This document shows positions 44,795 through 52,624 of a stretch of DNA of 52,624 nucleotides, one piece after another; within the stretch, counting starts at the first letter, position 1; each line of letters begins with the position of its first letter. The position numbers and the translations under genes were made by a program. The stretch comes from Candidatus Bathyarchaeia archaeon (GTDB lineage Archaea; Thermoproteota; Bathyarchaeia; Bathyarchaeales; Bathycorpusculaceae): NCBI GenBank assembly GCA_037481775.1, contig JBBFKZ010000012.1:1-52624 (forward strand), written 5' to 3'. The notes under the pieces are model-generated. The model ran no database searches, was not told the origin of the DNA, and worked only from the letters and a program-made list of their open reading frames with translations.

Positions 44795-47383
44795 ATGGCA
44801 ATTTCACGAAAGAATATTGCTGCTGCAGTTTCCTTGTTTCTGATGCTCACTATGGCTGCTTCAATGATCCTGTTGCCCGTGGGAGGCCAAATTAACTGGG
44901 AGGGACACTCAAAGTCATACGCATACATCGGCGCTGTACCCAATCCCGCATATGTAGGCGAAGAAGTATTACTTCACATTGGAATTACACGAGAGCTTCA
45001 GATTACACAGGACGGCTGGGAAGGCTTAACAGTCACGGTTACAAAGCCCGACGGCACAACCCAGACGCTTGGCCCATTCCGCACAGACTCAACAGGCGGA
45101 ACAGGCTACGTATTTGTGCCCGAAAAGCCTGGAATCTACAAGCTTCAGACGCACTTCCCAGCACAATGGTACAATTTCAGCCAATTTGACATGTTCTCTG
45201 GACAACAGCAAAACGTGCGCATATACTATGAAGCTGACGACAGCCCAGTACTGGAACTTGAAGTGCTAGAAGGCACTCCCACCTATTGGCCTGGCGTGCC
45301 GCTTCCAACAGAATACTGGAGGCGCCCAATAGACAGCCAAAACCGCGAGTGGGCAGTAATCGCAGGAAGCTGGCTTGACCCAGGCGGCATCTATGGACAA
45401 CAAGAAGCTAAATATCAAGAGGACGCGCCAGAAACTGCACATGTGCTCTGGCAAAAGCCGCTGCAAATAGGTGGTCTAGCCGGAGGCGAGCTTTCTGAGC
45501 CCGCAGCTATCTTTCCAGGCGACGCCTACGAAGGCAAATGGAGCAACACGCTAGTCATAATGGGTGTGCTCATATACCAAAAGTTCGACAGCGTCGGAGG
45601 CAACTCTGTAGCCAATTGGGTTGTTGCCGTTGACATCCACACAGGCGAAACATTATGGGAGAAAGAGCTTAAAAACCCAAATGGAAGCCGCGTAACGCCT
45701 CTGTTTGGTCAAGTAATGTACTGGAAGAGCTTCAACACGCAGGGTGTACACGCATATCTGTGGGCAGGAGTTTCCGGCGGCTTCTTCGGCGCAGCGCCAA
45801 CCACATGGGAAGCCTTTGACCCCTACACTGGACGATGGCTATTCACATTCAGAAACGTGCCAAGCGGAAACCGCGTACGCGGACCCAACGGTGAGATCAT
45901 AATATACACAGTTAACCTGCAAAGAGGCTTCATGACAGTATGGAATTCCACTGCGGTTATTAGCGCTTACTGGGGCACAACAGAAAACAGCCCAATGTTC
46001 GGATCATGGCAACCACAAGGCAAAACCATCGACGCCACAGGCACAGTGCCAGTGACTTCAGCAACACCTTTCGGGCTAAACGGTTACCAGAAAAACATCA
46101 CAATACCAAAAGGCTTACCTGGAAGCGTTTCATACGTTTTCCTCGACGACACAGTATTCGGCTACTACCGAGGTAACACCATAGGCACATTCAGCACGTT
46201 ATCCTATAATAATCCGCCATTCACTATATGGGCATTTGACGCCAAAACAGGTAACCTGAAATTTAATAAAACCCACGCTGCACCACCCGGCAATGTCTCG
46301 CTATCAGTTGCTGCGGCAAGCGCTGAAGACCGTGTTGTGGCTATATGGTGCAAGGAGCTTTGCCAATTCTGGGCCTACAGCCTTGACACAGGTGAACAAC
46401 TCTGGGGACCAACCGATCCACAGCATTATCTAGACATCTATGCAATGTACCCGATATTCAAGTATGGTATATTCTATTCAAACGGCATGAGCGGAATAAT
46501 GTACGCCTACAACGCTACAACAGGAAAACTGCTCTGGACGTACTCATACCCTGACCCATACCGCGAGACGCTCTGGTCAAACTACTGGTCATCGCTACGA
46601 CCACGCATAATAGCCGACGGCAAAATATATCTAGGCCAAAGCGAACACTCCGTCAACCAACCACAACCTCGAGGCGCACCCTTCGTCTGCCTTAACGCCA
46701 CAACAGGCGAAGTGATCTGGTCAATTTACGGCATGTTCAGACAAACCGATTGGGGCGGACCTGCCGTCATGGGCGACAGCATCATCGCCACCATGGACAC
46801 GTACAACCAGATGATATATGCTATCGGTAAAGGCCCGAGCAAAACTACTGTTGAAGCCTCGCCTGAAATAGCAGTCCACGGCAACAAAATACTCGTAAAA
46901 GGCACAGTCACCGACATCTCGCCTGCCACAGATGATATTGTTATTCAAAAGAGGTTCCCGAACGGCGTGCCCGCTGTTGCTGATGAGTCGATGAGTGACT
47001 GGATGTTGTACGTGTATAAGCAGTTCCCGTGTCCGGCTAACGTTAAGGGCGTTGAAGTCATCGTTGAAGTGCTTGATCCGAACAACAACTACTATGAAGT
47101 AGCGCGGGCCATAAGTGACGGCAGCGGCTTCTACAGCGCCACCTTCGAACCACCCGTGCCCGGCAGATACACAATAATCGCACGCTTCACAGGCTCCAAA
47201 GCCTACTACGGCTCACACGCCGAAACAGCCATATACGTAGAAGAAGCACCACCCGCTACCCCTGAGCCTACGCCCACACCTGCGTCAATGACTGACATGT
47301 ATGTGATGGGCTTCGGAATCGGCATGATCGTTACAATCATCATAGTCGGTCTACTGCTCTATCTGCTTCTCAGAAAAAGATGA
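44795..47383 (+). CDS. Secreted, C-terminally anchored PQQ-type beta-propeller repeat protein (paralog of 17165-19624)
   Basis: Same architecture and long shared blocks (LTVTVTKPDGTTQTLGPF.TDSTGGTGY, EYW.RPI, APETAH, RFPNGVPAVADESM). ATG 44795 follows AAGGAGAAGAGAAG. Confidence 0.85.
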   Translation: MAISRKNIAAAVSLFLMLTMAASMILLPVGGQINWEGHSKSYAYIGAVPNPAYVGEEVLLHIGITRELQITQDGWEGLTVTVTKPDGTTQTLGPFRTDSTGGTGYVFVPEKPGIYKLQTHFPAQWYNFSQFDMFSGQQQNVRIYYEADDSPVLELEVLEGTPTYWPGVPLPTEYWRRPIDSQNREWAVIAGSWLDPGGIYGQQEAKYQEDAPETAHVLWQKPLQIGGLAGGELSEPAAIFPGDAYEGKWSNTLVIMGVLIYQKFDSVGGNSVANWVVAVDIHTGETLWEKELKNPNGSRVTPLFGQVMYWKSFNTQGVHAYLWAGVSGGFFGAAPTTWEAFDPYTGRWLFTFRNVPSGNRVRGPNGEIIIYTVNLQRGFMTVWNSTAVISAYWGTTENSPMFGSWQPQGKTIDATGTVPVTSATPFGLNGYQKNITIPKGLPGSVSYVFLDDTVFGYYRGNTIGTFSTLSYNNPPFTIWAFDAKTGNLKFNKTHAAPPGNVSLSVAAASAEDRVVAIWCKELCQFWAYSLDTGEQLWGPTDPQHYLDIYAMYPIFKYGIFYSNGMSGIMYAYNATTGKLLWTYSYPDPYRETLWSNYWSSLRPRIIADGKIYLGQSEHSVNQPQPRGAPFVCLNATTGEVIWSIYGMFRQTDWGGPAVMGDSIIATMDTYNQMIYAIGKGPSKTTVEASPEIAVHGNKILVKGTVTDISPATDDIVIQKRFPNGVPAVADESMSDWMLYVYKQFPCPANVKGVEVIVEVLDPNNNYYEVARAISDGSGFYSATFEPPVPGRYTIIARFTGSKAYYGSHAETAIYVEEAPPATPEPTPTPASMTDMYVMGFGIGMIVTIIIVGLLLYLLLRKR

Positions 47384-47401
47384 ACGCAGCAGCAAACCCC
47401 A

Positions 47402-47422
47402 CTCCACTCTCCCCTTTTTTCT
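47402..47422 (+). terminator. Putative pyrimidine/oligo-T archaeal terminator
   Basis: CTCCACTCTCCCCTTTTTTCT just after the stop. Similar tracts follow the genes ending at 17165 and 52307 on the minus strand. Confidence 0.4.
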
Positions 47423-47475
47423 GTTCCTTAACTTGATTGCGCAGGAAATCTTGCCAAGTATGACCGCTGCAGATT

Positions 47476-47721
47476 TTACTCCTTAGGCAAAGGGCTGCGT
47501 GTTTCTTTAGGTTTCAGCATAAAAGACAGGATTAACAACAAAGTCACTAGCGCTAGAAATAGCCCGCCGAATATTGAGAGCGGTATCCTGAATATGGGTT
47601 CGCCGTGTAGAACCCGGTTTGAAGGAAGTGCAAGTGCGTATGAAGCTATAAAGAGGGCATAAAATATTGCACCTATACACTGTGTCAAAAGTATAAGCAT
47701 GACCAAAGGTTTTTTCTTCAA
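47476..47721 (-). CDS. Small two-TM membrane protein
   Basis: 81 aa, two hydrophobic helices. Confidence 0.55.
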   Translation of the reverse strand: MKKKPLVMLILLTQCIGAIFYALFIASYALALPSNRVLHGEPIFRIPLSIFGGLFLALVTLLLILSFMLKPKETRSPLPKE

Positions 47722-47899
47722 CCCTGTAGCCTCTCCGCATGCCTCATTATGACCTCATTTCTTTATAAGGATGCTCCAAGAATAGCCTCGGAAAACCGCA
47801 ATTATAATATACCCAGCCGCGGCAAAATCAAGCCGGAAGAGGATGGGCTGAAAAATAGCAGAAGAAAACAGCTATCTACCGTTAAAAATCGGCCTTTTC

Positions 47900-48763
47900 A
47901 TGGTTTCCCTTTCATGGTTTTCCTACATGCTATACGAATTCGCCAATGGCATAATTAACCGCGGCCCCCTCGAAGTGTTCTTCATTTTAATAACGGATGT
48001 GCCCGGCTGCATAGGCCTCGGCTTCAGGACGGCTGCTGGCTTCATCGCAGTTGTCATCAGCCTATTGTACCTCGCCAAAAAAGACCTATCAAAGCCAGAG
48101 TTGCTTATGGCGGTTCGGCTGGTTGTGCTCTTTGAGGCAGGTTACTGGTTTCTAAGCTTCTTTATGTCCGGCGTCTGGGGTGTCGCAGCTTTTCTAGATC
48201 CATCCGTAGGCTTTGGAAGTCTAATCCTGATGACGATCATGAACACGTTGCCCTGCTTCGTGCAGTCAATCGGGCTCGTAGCAGTGCTAATCAAACTGTT
48301 CTTTGAGTTGTCGCCAAATAAGCCTGCAAAAAATGCCATAAAATGGGGACTGATCACTGGCACTTTTTACGTCTTCGTCTTCTGGCTGAATAATACGGCC
48401 ATGTGGATAGCCGCGCTTGTTGAAAAAGGCTTAGACTACATTTTGCTTTATCCAAGCAACATGTTCAGCTTCCTTTTCTCCACTGTAGGCCTTTATCTAT
48501 TGGCGCTTTACACAGCATATTTTGCAAAGAAATCAATGAATACCGAATCATTTAAGCTCCTAAATCCGCAAGCCATCGGCGCAATCGTGACGTTGGTCGG
48601 CATATATTTTTGCGCCAACTATGTCATGTGGATCTTCCTAGACAGCGTCGGCGGATGGGGCTCATGGTACGCATGGATACTAGGGCATAACCTAGACCTA
48701 TGGGCCATGTCGCTACCCTTTATTGGAGTGCCTCTACTGTTTCAACCCAAATTGAAAAGATAA
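47900..48763 (+). CDS. Hypothetical polytopic membrane protein
   Basis: About 7-8 TM helices, C-terminal WYAWILGHNLDLW. The frame is open 16 codons further upstream without an ATG/GTG/TTG. Confidence 0.75.
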   Translation: MVSLSWFSYMLYEFANGIINRGPLEVFFILITDVPGCIGLGFRTAAGFIAVVISLLYLAKKDLSKPELLMAVRLVVLFEAGYWFLSFFMSGVWGVAAFLDPSVGFGSLILMTIMNTLPCFVQSIGLVAVLIKLFFELSPNKPAKNAIKWGLITGTFYVFVFWLNNTAMWIAALVEKGLDYILLYPSNMFSFLFSTVGLYLLALYTAYFAKKSMNTESFKLLNPQAIGAIVTLVGIYFCANYVMWIFLDSVGGWGSWYAWILGHNLDLWAMSLPFIGVPLLFQPKLKR

Positions 48764-48888
48764 CGCCTCTAATGTCTTGTGCATAAAAGGCTGAATGTAG
48801 GTAAGACTTTCTTTAATTTTGCCAATAGTGGTTAAATAAGAGACTTTTTACCTAAATAATACACGCTGTACTGAGGCAAACGGCTGCA

Positions 48889-50811
48889 ATGCTGATACAG
48901 GAAGTCATCTTGGAGAACTTCATGAGCTACGAATACGCTAGGGTACCCTTTAAACCAGGCGTGAACGTTATCTGCGGGCCGAACGGCGCCGGAAAATCGT
49001 CGCTTCTCTTGGCAATTTCCGTGGCATTAGGGCAGTCGTACACGGAGCGCTCAAGAAAACTAAGCGACCTGATACGTTGGGGTAAGGATAGAGCGCGCGT
49101 CACGCTCATTTTGGATAATAGCAAACGAGGCGGCCGGCGTCCAGTTCCCAAGTACAGCAAAGACCAGATTTTCCTCACTCGCGTTTTACGTAGGGATGGC
49201 AAGTACTGGTTTGAGCTGGAAAACCGCGCTGCCACAAAGCAAGATGTTGAACGATTGCTAGGCCGGTTTGGCGTTGACCCAGATAACATGCTTATTATCA
49301 TGCATCAGAACATGGTGGAGCAGTTCACTGTTCTCTCCAGCGTGGAGAAACTGCGTATGGTTGAGGCGGCGGTGGGTTTGGAGCCGTTCCGCGAGAACGT
49401 GCTGCAGGCTCAACGCAAATTAACGCGTATTCTCAGTCAAGAAGAATCTGTAGGCAAGTTGCTTGAGTCGGCGGAGCAGACACTGAATTATTGGCGTGAA
49501 CAATACGAGCGATATCAGGAGAAAAAGCAACTGCAGACTAAGCGGCGCTTTCTTGAGCGCGAGTTGGCATGGGCTGAGGTGGAACGACGCGAGGGCATAC
49601 TCAAAGGGCTGGAGGCTGAACGGCATAGAGACGAGGAAGCGCTAAACCGTATTGAGGCTGAAATGAAAACTGTGAAAGCGCACTTGGATAGCCAGCAGAG
49701 CCAGCAACAAATGCTGAAAGCTGAGGTGAAGGTTGCCTTCAGCGAGCGCCTAAATTTTGAACGTGAAATTGCCGAAAACGAGGTTACATTATCCCTATGT
49801 GAACAGTTGCTTACAGAAACCTCATTTCTGGAGTCTGCAATCCAGAAAAACGCAAGCCAATTTAAGCTTATGCGAAGCGAGAATCTGCGGGCGATGCTTG
49901 AAAGCGCTAGACAACGCATTGCCAAGGTAAATGAAAGATTGAAAGAAAATCAAGCCAGACTACAAAATTTGGAAGAAGCAGTTGGCAAAATTACTGAAGA
50001 AATTTTAGATAATCGTGTTCAACTTGCCTTGTTACAGTATCGCAGAGAAAACGCTTTGGCTAATTTGGAACGGATAGATGCGGCGCTCAAAGAGGCAAAA
50101 TCCCACCTAAACGACGTTATCATTAAGGCGGAGCAGACTGGCACCCGAATTGCCGTACTGAAAAGTGTTGCGGAAATTCAAGATGAAATCCGTGTTACAG
50201 ATGGCCATTTGGCTGCACTTGCAGACATTTCAGAGGACATCGAGCGCATGTACGAGTCATATTCTAAGCTTTATTTAGAGTTAAAGGAAAAGGCGCAGTT
50301 GGTTGCCGAAAACCGCGAGAAAACTCTTGAAGAAGTGAAAGTGCGCATGGACGCTTGGCGAAATGTCATGCAGAGCTTGCTGGATCGCGTTAACTTGGAG
50401 TACCAGAAGATTATGAGCCAAGCCTTGGCGACGGGTGAAGTGCGGCTTGCTAATGGGCATGACATTGAAACTGCAGGTTTAGAGATTCTCGTAGGCTTTA
50501 AAGGCGGAAAACCTGTTCCTTTGGATTCTTACACGCAAAGCGGCGGCGAAAGAACCACGGCGACCATGAGTTTCCTTCTTGCACTGCAGCAGCATGTGCG
50601 CTCTCCATTCAGGGCAGTAGATGAATATGACATTCACATGGACCCAAAAAATAGGGAATTGATCGCCCGCATGCTTTTGGCGTTGATACAGGATGCCCTA
50701 GCGCAGTACATCGTTATCACGCCAAGCCAGATTACCTTCGCACAAGAAGGCGTGAACATAATTACTGTGCAGAATGTTGAAGGCAAATCCGTTGTTCGAG
50801 AGGTTGCATAG
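48889..50811 (+). CDS. Short SMC-family ATPase with Smc5/6-type head motifs (coalescin/archaeal SMC-related class)
   Basis: LENFMSY, Walker A GPNGAGKSS, R-loop ERSRKLSDLIRWG, Q-loop MHQN, about 330-aa coiled coil, signature QSGGER, Walker B/D-loop SPFRAVDEYDIHMDPKNR, QYIVITP. Confidence 0.9.
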   Translation: MLIQEVILENFMSYEYARVPFKPGVNVICGPNGAGKSSLLLAISVALGQSYTERSRKLSDLIRWGKDRARVTLILDNSKRGGRRPVPKYSKDQIFLTRVLRRDGKYWFELENRAATKQDVERLLGRFGVDPDNMLIIMHQNMVEQFTVLSSVEKLRMVEAAVGLEPFRENVLQAQRKLTRILSQEESVGKLLESAEQTLNYWREQYERYQEKKQLQTKRRFLERELAWAEVERREGILKGLEAERHRDEEALNRIEAEMKTVKAHLDSQQSQQQMLKAEVKVAFSERLNFEREIAENEVTLSLCEQLLTETSFLESAIQKNASQFKLMRSENLRAMLESARQRIAKVNERLKENQARLQNLEEAVGKITEEILDNRVQLALLQYRRENALANLERIDAALKEAKSHLNDVIIKAEQTGTRIAVLKSVAEIQDEIRVTDGHLAALADISEDIERMYESYSKLYLELKEKAQLVAENREKTLEEVKVRMDAWRNVMQSLLDRVNLEYQKIMSQALATGEVRLANGHDIETAGLEILVGFKGGKPVPLDSYTQSGGERTTATMSFLLALQQHVRSPFRAVDEYDIHMDPKNRELIARMLLALIQDALAQYIVITPSQITFAQEGVNIITVQNVEGKSVVREVA

Positions 50812-51638
50812 TGCAGTCCAAAAAAGAGCAGAAGAAACTTGGCAGAGAAAAACTGCAGCGCATTATAGAGATGTGTATGGCAATTGAGAATCATGCTGTA
50901 GACCCGTTTATGCTGGATGTGGATAACATACTTGCAATTGTAAAGGAATATTTCCCAGAGTGGGAGCACGCTGAAGAGCTTAATTTGGATGCGGAAGCCA
51001 TTCATCATTTGGCGTCAGTCATAAAGCTCCAGAGTGAATGGGTCAAGCACCGCAGTACATCACTTTACACGGACCCGTTTCTTCTTGAAGAAAAAATTAC
51101 GCGAGCAAGTAAGGAAGAAATGGTAAACATATTCCTGAAAGCCTGGCATCCTTTAGTTGAATTGGAACAGCTTAGCCTCCATAGCTTCGCTGAGGCATTA
51201 CGTTACTGGGCAACATTAGTTCCGCTTAAGGACAGGTGGCCAGAGCTGGAAGTTCCAGAGGTTGCTACGGGTGCTGCCAGCAAAGATGAATTAGTGCAGC
51301 AACGCATTCTCAGCGACAAGGTCTTTTCTGAAGAGCTGGAAGGTTATTGGCAAGAGCTGAAAGCACGAGTTAGCGAAAAAGGTCGCGACGGCAAGCTGCT
51401 TTATTGGGACTTCGTAGGCGCCGAAACTTACGAGGAAACCGTTCAACGTGCTTTCTTAACGAGTTTCTTGGTAACTTATGGCTATGCCACATTGATTATT
51501 TATCCATTAGAAGAGACTGTTTTCATTAAGCCGCTTGAGCCGCCTGCGGCAAAAATCGGCGCGCACCAGTTAATTTCAATTCCAATAGCAGTGACGTATG
51601 AAAACTGGCAGAAGTGGAAGAGAGGCGAATTGAATTGA
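50811..51638 (+). CDS. Kleisin-like subunit (ScpA-like N-terminus, Nse4-like C-terminal winged helix)
   Basis: VDPFMLDVDNIL...AEAIHHLASVIKLQS resembles the ScpA N-domain. YWDFVGAETYEETVQRAFLTSFLVTYGYATL resembles the kleisin C-terminal WH. GTG start shares a base with the SMC TAG stop. Confidence 0.7.
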   Translation: MQSKKEQKKLGREKLQRIIEMCMAIENHAVDPFMLDVDNILAIVKEYFPEWEHAEELNLDAEAIHHLASVIKLQSEWVKHRSTSLYTDPFLLEEKITRASKEEMVNIFLKAWHPLVELEQLSLHSFAEALRYWATLVPLKDRWPELEVPEVATGAASKDELVQQRILSDKVFSEELEGYWQELKARVSEKGRDGKLLYWDFVGAETYEETVQRAFLTSFLVTYGYATLIIYPLEETVFIKPLEPPAAKIGAHQLISIPIAVTYENWQKWKRGELN

Positions 51639-52273
51639 GCAAGCGAAAAGGCGTTTACGCGAGTAAAATGAAGCGGGCGACACACATGCTATTTTACCGT
51701 CGCCATCAAAAGCCTGGCGTCAAAGGCTGGGAACTGCATAGAGCACTAGGCGCAGATTACCCGAAAGTTCTGGAGATTCTGGATGATTACTTGAAAAGCT
51801 TAGATTTACAGGTTAGAACTGTTTTTGAAGAGGGAAAAGCGCCAGCAGGAAAGCCTTCACTAGAAGAGTTGGATAAGGCGCGGTTCTACATAACGTTGCG
51901 GGGCGAGTTAACACCAAAGGAGACGAAGATGATTGGCTGGCGAATAGACGACTTGGCTGGCTTAGCTGTTGCAATCGCGTATATAATAAGTAAGAAGGGA
52001 CAAGCGCCACGCAAAGATGTGGAAGAGTTACTGAGCGAGAAGTTGCCTAGCTGGAAAGTTGGCTTGAACATTGACCGTTACATTCGCTATGGCTATCTGC
52101 AAGAGGACGATAAGAAGCAGTTGTATCTGGACTGGAGAACCCGCGCGGAAGTAGATGAAAAGGCGCTGATAGACCTTCTTCTGAAAAGTGAAGCGCAGAC
52201 GACCCTGCCTATTGAGGATACCGAGGAAAACCTTGAAGAGCCTGAAAACAGTGAAGATAACGAAACACCATAA
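51635..52273 (+). CDS. KITE-like tandem winged-helix subunit (Nse1/Nse3-MAGE/ScpB class)
   Basis: Two predicted WH units: LDDYLKSLDLQVR, then GLAVAIAYIISKKGQAPRKDVEELL...RYIRYGYL...LDWRTRAEVD. TTGA overlap with the preceding stop; acidic tail. Confidence 0.65.
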   Translation: MSKRKGVYASKMKRATHMLFYRRHQKPGVKGWELHRALGADYPKVLEILDDYLKSLDLQVRTVFEEGKAPAGKPSLEELDKARFYITLRGELTPKETKMIGWRIDDLAGLAVAIAYIISKKGQAPRKDVEELLSEKLPSWKVGLNIDRYIRYGYLQEDDKKQLYLDWRTRAEVDEKALIDLLLKSEAQTTLPIEDTEENLEEPENSEDNETP

Positions 52274-52306
52274 GTGAAGAAATTAAAAAAGGGGAGAAAA
52301 GGGCTG

Positions 52307-52624
52307 TTAGCCCAGTTTCACTTCTGCTATAAACGCCAATGTATCTAAGCTGTTTAGCTGTATTTTCATGTTGGAGACCGTGTAAAGCGTGTTGCCAATG
52401 TAAAGCGCACGCCGAACGCCCCAGTCGCCCTCAACCCAAGTGTTAGTTTGCGGTTGATGTGTCACGTTACCTTTCAACTCGAAGCCGCGTGTTAACGTTA
52501 CCTTGAAAACGTAGGCTCCTTGGAAATAGTATCCCTGTGTGTAGCTGTCTTTGCTGCTTGAATCTACCACGCCATAGTTGTTTACCGAAATCGGAATCAC
52601 CAGCAACTCCTTCTGTCTGTCAAA
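52307..52624 (-). CDS. C-terminal fragment of a secreted beta-propeller domain protein (runs off the window edge)
   Basis: ELLVIPI, FQGAYVF...GFELKG.VTH, VRRALYIGNTLYTVS, typical of the Beta_propel family C-terminus. Confidence 0.75.
   Translation of the reverse strand, partial: FDRQKELLVIPISVNNYGVVDSSSKDSYTQGYYFQGAYVFKVTLTRGFELKGNVTHQPQTNTWVEGDWGVRRALYIGNTLYTVSNMKIQLNSLDTLAFIAEVKLG

Noticed and set aside
6676-52071. Numerous 60-190 aa ORFs antisense to or nested in assigned genes
   Set aside because: Ser/Phe/Ile-rich shadow translations typical of the non-coding strand; no independent motifs.
48889-52273. Wadjet/MksBEFG defence system or Rad50-Mre11
   Set aside because: No Toprim nuclease (JetD/MksG) or Mre11 gene adjacent, no CXXC hook, gene order is SMC first, and the motifs are Smc5/6-like rather than MukB-like.
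1-52624. CRISPR array, cas genes, rRNA, intact transposase
   Set aside because: No regularly spaced repeat-spacer series and no recognisable motifs. The repeats found have only two copies.

Overview
Archaeal chromosomal window, most likely Bathyarchaeia (TACK). This is inferred from gene content: archaeal SRP RNA, Trm1, TrmB, RFAP synthase, and paralogous secreted PQQ-type beta-propeller proteins. Left to right: SRP RNA; an AT-rich decayed integrated element with a broken tyrosine integrase abutting tRNA-Thr(TGT); a trpB/trpA deletion-fusion scar; a methanopterin-type biosynthesis cluster (DUF447, RFAP synthase, DHPS-like) bracketed by two ECF S-component-like genes that share a tandem palindromic operator; a double-domain bacterioferritin-like protein; three ABC systems; two large beta-propeller surface proteins, one divergent from a TrmB regulator; malic enzyme, class II aldolase, RNase HI and glyoxalase; a receptor-less che cluster (cheY, D, C, C, R, A); proC, trm1, an NTPase and a CDF transporter. 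The most striking feature is a tightly coupled three-gene operon at 48889-52273. It encodes a short, apparently hinge-less SMC ATPase with Smc5/6-type motifs, a kleisin with an Nse4-like C-terminus, and a single Nse1/Nse3(MAGE)-like KITE protein, i.e. a candidate minimal archaeal Smc5/6-like complex. All homology calls come from motif recognition by eye; no searches were run.
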